A stretch of 64,000 nt of DNA from the human T2T-CHM13v2.0 reference genome, Homo sapiens: the NCBI RefSeq assembly GCF_009914755.1, contig NC_060935.1; one strand, 5' to 3'. Under the pieces are notes generated by a model. It was not told the DNA's origin and searched no databases. It was given only the letters and a program-made list of their open reading frames with translations. The first letter of the stretch is position 1, and each line of letters begins with the position of its first letter. Below, piece by piece: positions 25,614 to 51,418 of this stretch. The position numbers and the translations under genes are program-made.

Positions 25614-25793
25614 ATGATAGTTTATTTTCCAGGAATTCTAGCCACAGATACACATCATCCCCAGGATTCTGCTCTGTATCATCTCAGCAAGCAGCTATTA
25701 CAGAAATATCATAAAGAAGTGAGACCTGTTTACAACTGGACCAAGGCCACCACAGTCTACCTGGACCTGTTCGTCCATGCTATATTGGATGTG
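25614..25793 (+). CDS. HTR3B: Alternative HTR3B N-terminus (MIVYFP-GILATD...) from an ATG just upstream of the exon 2 acceptor; downstream-promoter (brain-type) isoform
   Basis: In-frame ATG at 25614 (acaATGa) with no stop before exon 2; agrees with my recollection of an alternative HTR3B promoter in intron 1. Confidence 0.7.
25633..25793 (+). CDS. HTR3B: HTR3B exon 2 (GILATDTHHPQD...HAILDV)
   Basis: Acceptor tttattttccag| and donor GTG|gtaagg; lies inside ORF 25614..25838. Confidence 0.97.
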
Positions 25794-26174
25794 GTAAGGA
25801 CCATCTTGCCCCTTCCTATTCTTGTTAACGTCTTTTGAAACAGTCTGCAGTTCATGCAGGAGCCTATGAGAGGTTATATTCTTGAGATTGTAGTTGAACT
25901 GGCAGGGAAGTTGCGCTAGATTCATTTTAGCAGTTAGGTAAAATATTCATTAGGCAAATCATGCTTTCTAGCCCCCAGTGGACACTGTGAAGGGCAAATT
26001 GTCTAGATCATGGAATTAAGATGTTTTAAGAATTGTGAAGCTGGGTGTGGTGGCTCATGCCTGTAATCCTAGCACATTGGGAGGCCAAGGTAGGCAGATC
26101 ACTTGAGCACACGAGTTGGAGGCCAGCCTAGGCAGCATGGTGAAACCCTGTCTGTACCAAAAATACAAAAACTA

Positions 26175-26420
<246 letters not shown>

Positions 26421-26520
26421 CTATGGTTCACATTTATTATGATAATAACAGATTTAAGAAGAGATTCACTACTTATTGCTTGAGATTTAAAAGAGAGAAA
26501 AAAATGCCTTATTATCTTGA

Positions 26521-27344
<824 letters not shown>

Positions 27345-27520
27345 TAGTAGAGATGGGGTTTCACCGTGTTAGCCAGGATGGTCTCGATCTCCTGACCTCG
27401 TGATCCATCTGCCTCAGCCTCCCAAAGTGCTGGGATTACAGGCGTGAGCCACTGCACCCGGCCAAAAATTGTTTTCTAATTGAGGTAAAATATACATATG
27501 TGGAAATACACAGATATTAA

Positions 27521-27696
<176 letters not shown>

Positions 27697-28521
27697 TAGC
27701 TGGGATTACAGGCATGCGCCACCACATCTGACTAATTTTGTATTTTTAGTAGAGGTGGGGTTTCACCATGTTGGTCAGGCTAGTCTCAAACTCCTGACCT
27801 CAAAAGATCTGCCCACCTCAGCCTCCCAAAGTGTTGGGATTATAGGTGTGAGCCACCACACCCGGCTATTTATTTATTTTTTGAGATGGAGTCTCACTCT
27901 GTTGCCCAGGCTGGAGTGCTGTGGCACCATCTTGGCTCACTGCAACCTCCGCCTCCCGGGGACAAGCAATTTTCCTGCCTCAGCCTCCTGAGTAGCTAGG
28001 ATTACAGGTGTCTGCCACCACACTCGGCTTATTTTTATATTTTTTAGTAGAGATGGGGTTCCACCATGTTGGTCAGGCTGGTGTTGAACTCCCGACCTGA
28101 AGTGATTTGGCCGCCTCAGCCTCCCAAAAGTGCTGGGATTACAGGCATGAGCCACGGTGCCCGGCCATATAACCCATATCTCTATCAAGATATCAAAGAT
28201 CCCCGAAAAGGTCCCTTGTTCCCTTCCTAGTCCATCCCCATCCTCTTCACCCACAGAGACAAATACTCTTCTGATTATTTCTTTGAGCAGTGATTAGTTT
28301 TACTGGTTGTAGAACTCCATGTGATGAAGTTTTATTGTGTGTACTCGATTGTGTCTGGCTTTTTCACTCGGCATTTTGAGATTCACTTATGTTGCGGTGT
28401 GTATCAGCAGTTTGTTCCTTTTTCTTAATAAGTAGTATTCAGTTATGGCTATATCATGATTTGTTTATCCATTCTCCTGTTGACAGGCATTTGGGTTGTT
28501 TCCAATTTTAGGATAGTATGA

Positions 28522-28786
<265 letters not shown>

Positions 28787-29463
28787 TAGCCAGGATGGTC
28801 TCGATCTCCTGACCTCGTGATCCACCCGCCTCGGCCTCCCAAAGTGCTGGGATTACAGGCGTGAGCCACCGTGCCCGGCGTTTCCATTTCTTTTAAGTAA
28901 AACCTAGAAGTTCTGTGACTGGGTCACAGGAGGGTGTATACTTAATGAGAAACTGCCATACTGATTTGCAAAGTGGTTGTGCATTTTACACTCCCACCAG
29001 TAAGCTATGAGAGTTCCTATTGCTACACATCCCTGCCAACATTTGGTGTTACCAGTCTTTTTAATTTTAGTCATTCTAGTAAGGGTATAATGGTATTTCA
29101 TTGAGGTTTTATTAAAATTTCCCTAATGGCTAATGATTTTGAACTCTTTTTCATGTGCTTATTGGCTACTTATAAATTTTTCTTTGTGAAGTGCCCATTT
29201 AAGCCTTCTCTTATTTTTAAAATTGGGTCATTGGTTTTTTTTTATTGTTATTATAGATTTATAGGAGCTATTTATACATTCTGGGCACAGTCTTTTTTTA
29301 GATATTACCTCCTATATTATATAATATGTATTTAAATCATTATTATAATATAATAACATATAATATAGTAATTACATAATACATACACATATTATATAAT
29401 AAATGTTTATTCCCAGTCTGTGTCTTCGCTATTCATTTTCTTAATGGGTCTTACAATGAATAG

Positions 29464-30445
<982 letters not shown>

Positions 30446-30514
30446 AAGTCCATTTCAATGAACAGTTTTTTTAATTTTTAAAAAGATTTAAAAAATGTTT
30501 TAAAAATTAAATTA

Positions 30515-30795
<281 letters not shown>

Positions 30796-32117
30796 TCAAA
30801 AAAAAAAAATTAAATTAAATTAATTTTGTTTTTTTGAGACAGTCTTGCTCTGTTGCCCAGGCTGGAGTCCAGGGACACAATCTCACCTCACTGCAACCTC
30901 CGCCTCCTAGCTTCAAGCAATTCTCGTGCCTCAGCCTCCCAAGTAGCTGAGATTACAGGTGTGTACCACCACACCTAGCTAATTTTTGTATTGAATTTTA
31001 TTTTCTAATTAATATATATTACACGTTTGTTGATGACAGGCATTAGACTCTAGTCTTCTCATCTGGTTTTGGTATCAGGATTGTGTTGGCCTTATAAAAC
31101 AGAATTGTTGAGAATTGTTTCCTTCTCAGTTTTCTGAAGGCGTTGTATAATGTGAATATTTTTTCTTCCTTACTGTCTGATAGAATTTACCAGTAAAACT
31201 ATAGGGGTCTGGAGCTTTCTTTGTGGGAAGGTAATCAAAGGCAAATTCAACTTTATTTACACATATTCAGTTTTTTCTTGTGTCAGTTTTGCTAATTTGT
31301 ATTTTTAAGAAATTTGTCTCTTTCATGCAGTTTGTCAAATTTATTGACTTAGTTGTTCATATATTTTTTTCTATTATTTTCATGCCCATAAGATCTCTAG
31401 TGATATGGCTTTTGTGTCTCATATTGGTAATTTGTGTTTTCTCATATTTTCCCCTGACCAATCTTGTCATAGTTTTACCAATTTTATTTTTTTCAAAGAG
31501 CCAACTTTGGGCTTTGTAATTTTTTTGTTTGTTTGTTTTGTTTTGTTTTGCTTTGAGACAGGGTCTCACTCTGTTACTTAGGCTGGAGTGCAGTGGCGTG
31601 ATCACGGCTTACTGCAGCCTCAACCTCCCATGCTCTTTAGATATCTTTACATATTTCTTTTCTTCTACTTACTTTGTTTGTGTTTTTGAGATAGAGGCAA
31701 GAGACAGACAGAGTCTCTGGGACCCATAATCTGATTTTTTTTCCCTCTAGTTTTGGCTTATACACAATATTATACAAATGGAATTATATGTTATTTTACC
31801 TTTTGTGCATGGCTTCTTTCACTTAGCATAATGCCTTTGAGATTTATCCATATTGTTGCATAACTCAGTAGTAGTATTTTATTGTACAGATGCACTACAA
31901 TTTATCTGTTTACCAGTTGTGGGACACATGGATTGTTTCCATTTGGGGGCAATTATGAATAAAGCCACTATAAACATTTGCATATGTTTTTCTTTCTCTT
32001 GGATAAATGCTTAGGTATAGTATTGGTGAGTTGTATGATGGGTCTATGTTTAATTTTATAAGAAACTGTCCAGCTTTTTTCCAAAGTGGCTGTTATCATT
32101 TTGCATGTCACTCATAA

Positions 32118-32396
<279 letters not shown>

Positions 32397-33486
32397 TGAT
32401 CTCAGGTAATCTACCTGCCTCGGGCTTCCGAAGTAGTGGGATTATAGGCATGAGCCACCGTGCCCGGCCCAATCTTTAAAATTTTAACCATTGTAGTAGG
32501 TTTGCTGTAGTATCTCAATGTAGTTTTTAATTTTTATTTCCCTAACATTTGAACATGTTGAACATTTTTTCATGTGCTTATTTGCCAATTGCCAACTGTA
32601 TATCTTCTTTGGTAATATGTCTGCTCAAATCTTTTATTTAATTTTAAAGTTGGGCTGTTTATTATTTTATTATCAGGTTACAAGAGTTATTTATATACTC
32701 TGAGCTTATTTCTTGACTCTGTTCTATTCAACTAATCTGTATGTTTGTCTTTCTAACAATACCACACTGTTTTCATTACTGTAGCATTATGGAAGTCTTG
32801 AAATAAGATAATGTGAATCTTCTAATCTCGTTCTTCTTTTTAAAAATTGTTTTAACTTTTCTAGGTTGTTTGCATTTCCATATAAACTTTAGAATTGACT
32901 CATCAATGTCTATTTTTAAAAACTTCTGGAATTTTGATTGGTACTGCACTGAATCTACAGATAAATTTGAGGAGTACTGACATCTTAACAATACTGAGTT
33001 ATCCAGTCCATACATACAGTGTATCTCTCTGTTTAGTTCTTTAATTTCTTTTATTAATGTTTCATCATTTTTAGCGTTTTGCATACATTTGGTTAAATTT
33101 ATTCCTAAGTATTTCACATTTTTTGTTATTATAAATGGTATTTTAAATTTGAATCTAGTTGTCTGTTGCTAGCATACAAAAACACAGTTGATTTCTAGAT
33201 ATTGGTCTGGGATTCTGTGACCCTTACATTTCTTTTTCGCTTAAGAGGCTTTTTTTGGTAGATTCTTTCAGATTTTCTGTGTAGAAAATCATGTTGTCTG
33301 TGAGGAAAATCAGTTTTACTTCTTTCTTTCTGATCTTTATACATTTGTTTCCTTCTAGTGTCTTGTTACCCTGACTAGGGCCTCCAGTACAATGTTGAAC
33401 AGAATGGTATACTGCTCTATAAATATTAATTCAATAAATGTGGTTGATAGTGGTGTTGAAATCTTCTATTTTTTTTTTTTTTTTGA

Positions 33487-33591
<105 letters not shown>

Positions 33592-33912
33592 TGAGTAGCT
33601 GGGATTACAGGTGCCTGCCACCACGCCCAGCTAATTTTTCTACTTTTATTAGAGACGGGGTTTCACCATGTTGGCCAGGCTGGTCTTGAACTCCTGACCT
33701 CAGGTGATCCACCCACCTTGGCCTCCCAAAGTGGTGAGATTACAGCCGTGAGCCACTGCACCCGGCCGAAATCTTCTATTTTTTTTCTTCCAGTTGTTTT
33801 ATTAACTTGATGGAGTGGAATGTTAAAATCTCCAGTTATGATTGTTGTTTGTCTATTTCTCTCTTTGGTTCTGCCAACTTTTGCTTCATGTATTTTGAAG
33901 CTATGTTATTAG

Positions 33913-34218
<306 letters not shown>

Positions 34219-34600
34219 TGAGCCACTGTGCCCAGCCTATATGTCTTCGTAATGAACAGATCCTTTTACTGTTATGAAACGCTCCACTTCATCTCTGATA
34301 ATATTCCCTTTTATGAAGTTTTTCTTATGCTTGCTTCCCACATGGCATATTCTTGGCCATCCTTTTATTTCCAACCTATTTGTATCATTTGATGTCCTTT
34401 GTATTTGAAGTCATTTCTTATAACAATATATAGTTAGGTACATGCTGAAAAGAAATATATAGGCAGGCCCTGTGTACACTTCACTCAATCTCTCATACTG
34501 TTAACATCTTGCAAATATATATATATTACAGTGTCAATACTAGAAAATGAACACTGGTACAATCTATAGAGCTTATTCAGATTTCTCCTGCTTGTGTGTA

Positions 34601-34603
<3 letters not shown>

Positions 34604-34633
<30 letters not shown>
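34604..34633. repeat. (TG)n microsatellite
   Basis: About 15 TG units. Confidence 0.95.
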
Positions 34634-34635
<2 letters not shown>

Positions 34636-35699
34636 TTCTATGTAATTTTATTACATGTGTAGCTTTTTGTAATCAGCACCACAATCAAAGTACATAATTG
34701 TATCAACACCACAGGGCCCCCAGGTGCTATCCCTTTATAGCCACATTCCTTTCTCTCTGCTGACTCCTAACCCCTGGCAACCACTAATCTTTTCTCCATC
34801 TTTAGGCTATTTCAAGAATATTATATAAATGGAATCATACAATATACTACCTTTGAGATTGGCTTTTTTCCTTTAGCATAATTCCCTTATGGTCCATCTG
34901 TGTTGTAGTGAACACCAATAGTTCATTTCTTTTTGTTGCTGAATACTATTCCAGGTTAGGGCTTTTTTTTTTTTTTTAAACCAGTATGACAATCTGTGCA
35001 TTTTTTTTTTTTCAGTATGGAGTCTCACTCTGTCCCCCAGGCTGGAGTGCAGTGGCCCAGTCTTGGCTCGCTGCAACCTCCACGTTCTGGGTTTAAGCAA
35101 TTCTCCTGCCTCAGCCTCCTGAATAGCTGGGATTACAGGCATGCGCCACCACACCTGGCTAATTTTTGTATTTTTAGTAGAGACGGGGTTTCACCATGTT
35201 GACCAGTCTGGTCTTAAACTCTTGACCTCAAGTGATCTGCCTGTCTTGGCCTCCGAAAGTGTTGGAATTACAGGTATGAGCCACAGTGACCAGCCAATCT
35301 ATGCATTTTAGTGGAAATGTTTAGCTCATTTGCCAGTACCATCTTGCTATTTGTTTTCTAGTTTTCTCATCTGTTTTTTGTTCTATTCCTCATATCCTAC
35401 TTTATTTTCCGGAATTTTTAAATTTTTAATAAATGTTAAAAATATTTTAAATATTGGATTATAGTTCCTCTATTAGCTTTTTAGCGATCCATCTTTGTAT
35501 TTTTTTTAGACTTTGCCTTAGGAATTTCCATATTCATCATTAACTTATTACAGTGTACTTAGAATTAATATTTTGACACTTCACATAAAATGTACGAAAC
35601 TTACAACAGTAAAATTCCATTTACCTGCTCCCGCCTCTTTTGTGCTACTTTTATCTTCAATTTTACATTTACATACAAAATATACCCACAAAATGATGT

Positions 35700-37720
<2,021 letters not shown>

Positions 37721-37736
37721 TGATCTGCCCGCCTCA

Positions 37737-38165
<429 letters not shown>

Positions 38166-38289
38166 TTAAAGATGTGGGATTTCCCTACCAGAATTGTAGA
38201 ATATACTTGTTTGTTATTAGACTATGTTAGACATGTCATCATATTGAATTTGGCAAATTTTCTTATAGAAATCTGAAAAAATTTTATAT

Positions 38290-39376
<1,087 letters not shown>

Positions 39377-39379
39377 TAA

Positions 39380-41240
<1,861 letters not shown>

Positions 41241-41719
41241 ACCACTAAAGCAGGGCGACTATGTTTCTATGTGCTCCGAATGCCTTCTCTTTCTCAAAGA
41301 GAAAAAATAATGCTTATTGTTAGTAATTTGCTTTCTTGATTATAAAAAGGGGAAATTTAAAAAAGTTTCTTGTTTCTCTTTCAAATGATGCCACCTGGCG
41401 CAGAGCCACTGTGTAGTCTCTGTTCTGCACAATTCCACGAGCACCATCAACATGGACTATAATACCAGTGGTGCCTTCTGACCCCCTATCCAACCTGAAT
41501 TCTCCAGAGTAGTACATAGTCTTGACCCTGTGCACAAAGAATATGGATTTTTATGTCGCTGGATAATTGGACAATTAATTTCGTATACCCAGTTCTGGGG
41601 AGGAAACGAGAGCTGTTATTTGATTTCATGCCATCAACTTCCTAAACACTTTCATTTACTGAAATTTGGTATTGTACTAAATATTACAGAAATACGAATG
41701 TTACCTAAGTGACTCTTGA

Positions 41720-42158
<439 letters not shown>

Positions 42159-42199
42159 TAAAAAACAATTGCCCTTTTCTTTATTAATACATTTTTTTA

Positions 42200-46740
<4,541 letters not shown>

Positions 46741-47723
46741 ATTCCTAAGAACATCTGAGTTTCAGAATGTTCTTTACTAGATTAGATATGAAAAAAATTG
46801 GTGAGGAGGGTTTTTTTTTCTTTTCTCTTTTTTTTTTTTTTTTTTTGAGACAGAGTCTCTCTCTGTCACCTAGGCTGGAGTGCAGTGGCACAAACATGGC
46901 CCACTGCAATCTTGACCTCCTGGACTCAAGCAATCCTTCCACCTCAGCCTTCCAAGTAGCTGGGACCACTAGGTGTGTGCCACCACACCTGGCTAATTTT
47001 TAACTTTTTTGTAGAGACAGAATCTCACTGTGTTGCCCAGGCTGGTCTCAAACTCCGGGGCTCAGGCAATCCTCCTGTCTTGGCCTCCAAAAATGTGGAA
47101 TCACAGGGACGAACCACTGTGCCCAGCCAGGAGGGTTTTTTAAATTGCTGTTTTGGGGGGTCTTTTAAAAATTTTATGGACTCATTGCAGACATGGGAAA
47201 TCACGTCTATTATATCATTTAAAATATGTTTCATTTATAATAAGCTCATTCAGTCTGTTTTATAAGCAGAGAAATCCAAACATACGGTAACTTAACAGGA
47301 ATGGCTGCCAATAACAGTTGAGCTAACACTCATTGAAAGATTATGAATAATATCTTGATTACAAATCAAAGCTTGGTCTCATCTTTTTAGCCCAAAATTA
47401 CTAAGACAACGTAACATTTTTTAGTCTGATTAATGGTAGAGTAACTAATTAGAGTGGGAAAGAGATTAGCAAATCATTCAAGATGTCAAGGGCAGGCAAA
47501 GTGCCGTTTTGTCATAGATAATATAGTAAAGCTCATAGCGACAGGTGTGCATAATAAGTAAGAACTGAGAATGCCTAGGTATTGAAGAGTCTAGGTAATG
47601 TTTTTAATATCAGCATTATTTGGTTAGATTTGATTTTCTTCTTCTGAATTTCCTTACTGCTGAATTGGCCTTTGATTTATTGACATTCTAAGATTTGGAG
47701 TGGATTTTCTTTTTGCCTTGCAG

Positions 47724-47768
47724 GATGCAGAGAATCAAATATTAAAGACAAGTGTATGGTACCAAGAG
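47724..47768 (+). CDS. HTR3B: HTR3B exon 3 (DAENQILKTSVWYQE)
   Basis: Acceptor ttttgccttgcag| and donor GAG|gtaaat; 45 nt, phase 0/0. Confidence 0.96.
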
Positions 47769-48097
47769 GTAAATAATTATGTTTTCTTCTAAATATATTG
47801 CACTCCTGATCTGGATCTGCTGCAAAATATAGTTATTTAAGAAATAGGTATTATCTTTGTATTTATAGTTTCTTAGATCTGCAGCAGACCTAATGTATTA
47901 TAATTCATTTAAGATGTATGGCCCTGGTTTCTGGTTGGGACTACCATCTTTAGGATTCAGATGGGAAGTCCTTTCTCCTAACAGGTAGAACCAAGAGGCT
48001 GATAAATTGGATTATTAATCCAAATGCCTCTTTAGTTCTTTAGCGAAGTAGATATTGCCCCATTTTGATAAGTTTTCTTTTTGGCTACTACTAACAG

Positions 48098-48207
48098 GTC
48101 TGGAATGATGAATTTTTATCCTGGAACTCCAGCATGTTTGATGAGATTAGAGAGATCTCCCTACCTCTAAGTGCCATCTGGGCCCCCGATATCATCATCA
48201 ATGAGTT
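48098..48207 (+). CDS. HTR3B: HTR3B exon 4 (VWNDEFLSWNSS...IWAPDIIINEF)
   Basis: Acceptor ctaacag| and donor TT|gtaagt; contains the WxPD motif of Cys-loop receptors. Confidence 0.97.
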
Positions 48208-48628
48208 GTAAGTGTGCTGGTGTGTATTTCTGTGGGGTTTAGACTGCTTGGTATAGTCGGGCCAGTTGCTGCTTACTTTCAGTCAGTGTTGCTCATTTTT
48301 GCTTCTCAAGTTGAAGGGGAGCATATTGTTGGGAGTATTCAGGTTAGAAGTGCCATGTGTTGACATTATTTAAGATACAGATCTGGTTACTAATGTTGAG
48401 GTTACTCATTATGTCTGTGTTGTTATAGCAGCAAATGAGTTAACTTACGAGGCTGTCACTGAAAAGCTCATCTTTGCCAGGGTGAATCATCTCATGGAAA
48501 ATGCGATTCTGTTTTGCAGGGCTAGGCTGGTCCTGGACCTCATGGTCACTACCATCTCCTAATCAGCCTATGTTTTGAAATGACCAACATCCTCTCTGTG
48601 ACAACAAGTTCTCTTGTGTTTCATATAG

Positions 48629-48798
48629 TGTGGACATTGAAAGATCCCCTGACCTTCCCTATGTTTATGTGAACTCATCTGGGACCATTGAGAACTATAA
48701 GCCCATCCAGGTGGTCTCTGCGTGCAGTTTAGAGACATATGCTTTTCCATTTGATGTCCAGAATTGCAGCCTGACCTTCAAGAGCATTCTGCATACAG
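48629..48798 (+). CDS. HTR3B: HTR3B exon 5 (VDIERSPDL...Cys-loop CSLETYAFPFDVQNC...ILHT)
   Basis: Acceptor tttcatatag| and donor G|gtaaac; C-x13-C Cys-loop. Confidence 0.97.
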
Positions 48799-49277
48799 GT
48801 AAACCATGAGAGATACCCATTAATGCTAGGTTGGTGCACATAGGTGAAATGATATTATACTATCCTTCAGGTCTATTTTATTCTTGCAGATAATTGGCTA
48901 TTTAAAAATTGGAATCTCTTCTTGCGGTTTTTTGGCTCCTGCTGTAATCCAGACCAAGTATGATGCTGTAGGCCCCCATAGTTGTTTTGGAAACACAGTG
49001 TTAGGCCTCTACTGCCATGGATAATATTATAGAAATCGCAGGCAAGCTCCATCATTCTACAGAGAGTGTATTCCAAGCCATAAATTCACAGTTGTTGTTT
49101 TTTTATGACTAGAAAGATTTTATTCCACATCCCTACCCCCTAATTCAAATAAGGCCAAGGAGACTGTGCCTATGGGGGCAGGAGAACGAGGAAGGATTCG
49201 AATTGGGAGCTGGAAAAGTGGGTGGATGTTGGCATCTCTTTCTCTCTGGGAAAGTCAATTGTTTGTGTTGTTTGCAG

Positions 49278-49435
49278 TGGAAGACGTAGACCTGGCCTTT
49301 CTGAGGAGCCCAGAAGACATTCAGCATGACAAAAAGGCGTTTTTGAATGACAGTGAGTGGGAACTTCTATCTGTGTCCTCCACATACAGCATCCTGCAGA
49401 GCAGCGCTGGAGGATTTGCACAGATTCAGTTTAAT
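49278..49435 (+). CDS. HTR3B: HTR3B exon 6 (VEDVDLAFL...AQIQFN)
   Basis: Acceptor gtttgcag| and donor AAT|gtaggt; lies inside ORF 49166..49744. Confidence 0.97.
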
Positions 49436-50446
49436 GTAGGTTCTTTACTACCTGTCCCCGTTGCCCGCTTCTCCCCAGCCTTTGGCCTTCTCTCTTGGGC
49501 CAAGGAATTTCTGCTCTATTGCATGTTCTCATTCATTATCACCCAAGAACAGGGACTTCAGCGGGCTCTGAGCATCCACCTGCATTCCAGCATTTCACAG
49601 AGCAGAGGTTCAGTGGGAGATGCTGGGCCCCTCCAGAAGATAACAGACACCAGAGGCCTGGTATTCAGACACCAGAGGCCTGAAGCATGCCCTGCAGCAG
49701 GAATCCTCCAATCTTTCCACACACACTCACATTATGGCTTCTAATTGCTACTCAGAAAAAACACAGACAAACCCACACACAACAACAACAAATTGGGAAG
49801 ACTTTCTCATCAACATTATTGTCCTATTTTTTTTTTATTGAGTAAATTATCAACTAATTCCAGATGCAGATGCATAATACGATAATATTATTAACTTGAA
49901 TATCTTAAGGGATTAGCCAATAAGACCCACAGAGACCACTGGTAGCTTCTGGATCAGAGGGAACAATTAACCCCCTCAAAATTATGATGGGAACCCACAC
50001 TCCTCCGATGCAGCCCTTGGCTGCATTGTTCATAGGGAAATTTGTCCGGCATGAAACTAGGGGATGGTGGGGTACAGGACAGTGAAGCCCGCTGATTTGT
50101 ACTCCAGAGGCAGCCATTGTCCCATCTTTGGCCCCCTGGGAAACTGTTTTGACACATGGTCTGCAACAATTTCACACAACTGGTAAACTACATCATTAGT
50201 ATTCAGCAGTGCATTCTTCTTTTCTGCAAAAAGTCAGCTAGTGGTGGTGGTAGTGAGGGAATGGTGGTCCTTCATGCCAAGTAATGGATTCAGTTGAAAA
50301 ATAGAAACCACAGGCAGGTCAGGACTGCACACAAGATGAATTATCCTAAAAATATACCTTTGGAATAAGAAGGAAAACTTAGACTAGACTAAGGTGCTCT
50401 GGTACAATGGATATGCTAAGGGGAGGTGAAGAAATAAACTATCATT

Positions 50447-50833
50447 CGCTGAGTGCGGTGGCTCATGCCTGTAATCCCAGAACTCTGGGAGGCCAAGGCA
50501 GGCAGATCATTTGAGGTCAGGAGTTCGAGACTAGTCTGGCCAACATGGCAAAACCCCATCTTTACTAAAAATACAAAAACTTGCTGGGTGTAGTGGTGTG
50601 TGCATGAGAATCGCTTGAAGCCGGGAGGTGGAGGTTGCAGTGAGCCAAGATCATACCACTGCGCTCCAGCCTGGGTGACACAGGGAGACTCTGTCAAAAG
50701 AAAAGAAAGGAAGGAAGGAAGGATGGAAGAAGAAAGAAGGAAAGAAAGAAAAAAAGAAAGAAAGAAAGAAGGAAAGAAAGAAAGAAAAAAGAAAGAAGGA
50801 AAGAAAGAAAGAAAAAAGAAAGAAAGAAAGAAA
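50447..50833 (+). mobile_element. Alu with internal deletion and a (GAAA)n purine tail
   Basis: Alu consensus followed by about 135 nt of A/G-only sequence. Confidence 0.9.
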
Positions 50834-51386
50834 CTATTATTGAGGTTACAGGTATCCCTTAATTGGTTAAAGGTGTATACAGCTTTCCAGCAAAGCTCTT
50901 GTTAAATCTGGGCCTCTTAGACACAGTTGTGGTTTGAACCTGACTAATGTATAATGCTGGCTAGTATAATCGCAACTCATACCCTCCTGATGGTGGGCTT
51001 TGGGCTCTTGCCTAGAATCCTGCTTGGTTTTAAGCAAAGCTTGCATTGTGGCCTGTTTGTCCACTTTTCTTGTAAGGAAAAGGGAAGGAAAGCAAGCAAG
51101 CTTTTTTTTTTTTTTAAATTTCAATGAGTTTCTTGGCTAGGAGTAAACACCTCATTAATTTTAAAGATATCAGCCCACAAACATTATTAATGCAGCCCGA
51201 ATAATGGAGAGCATTAAAGGGAAATGTGAAGGAGTAGCACATGCAAGGTGGAACATAGTCACCTACCAAGTGCTCCTGAGAACACTGCACACACCATTAC
51301 CTACACTGCACGGAGGAGACAAACACAGGAAAGAGATGGGGCAGGTAAACAAGGGCGTGTGCTTGCATACACAGGCACACATGTGC

Positions 51387-51418
51387 ACACACACACACAC
51401 ACACACTCTCTCTCTCTC
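51387..51418. repeat. (CA)n(CT)n compound microsatellite
   Basis: cacacacacacacacacacactctctctctc. Confidence 0.9.

Noticed and set aside
32776-33117. 113-aa ORF with RT-associated motifs; considered as part of the DIRS-like element
   Set aside because: KYLGINLTK/KEIKE/ILKFIWK is LINE-1 ORF2, from a separate, younger insertion.
49436-49744. Open frames extending past the exon 6 donor (and exon 7 donor to 59690), suggesting intron-retention isoforms
   Set aside because: Canonical donors are present and the extensions have no recognisable features. They cannot be supported without RNA data.
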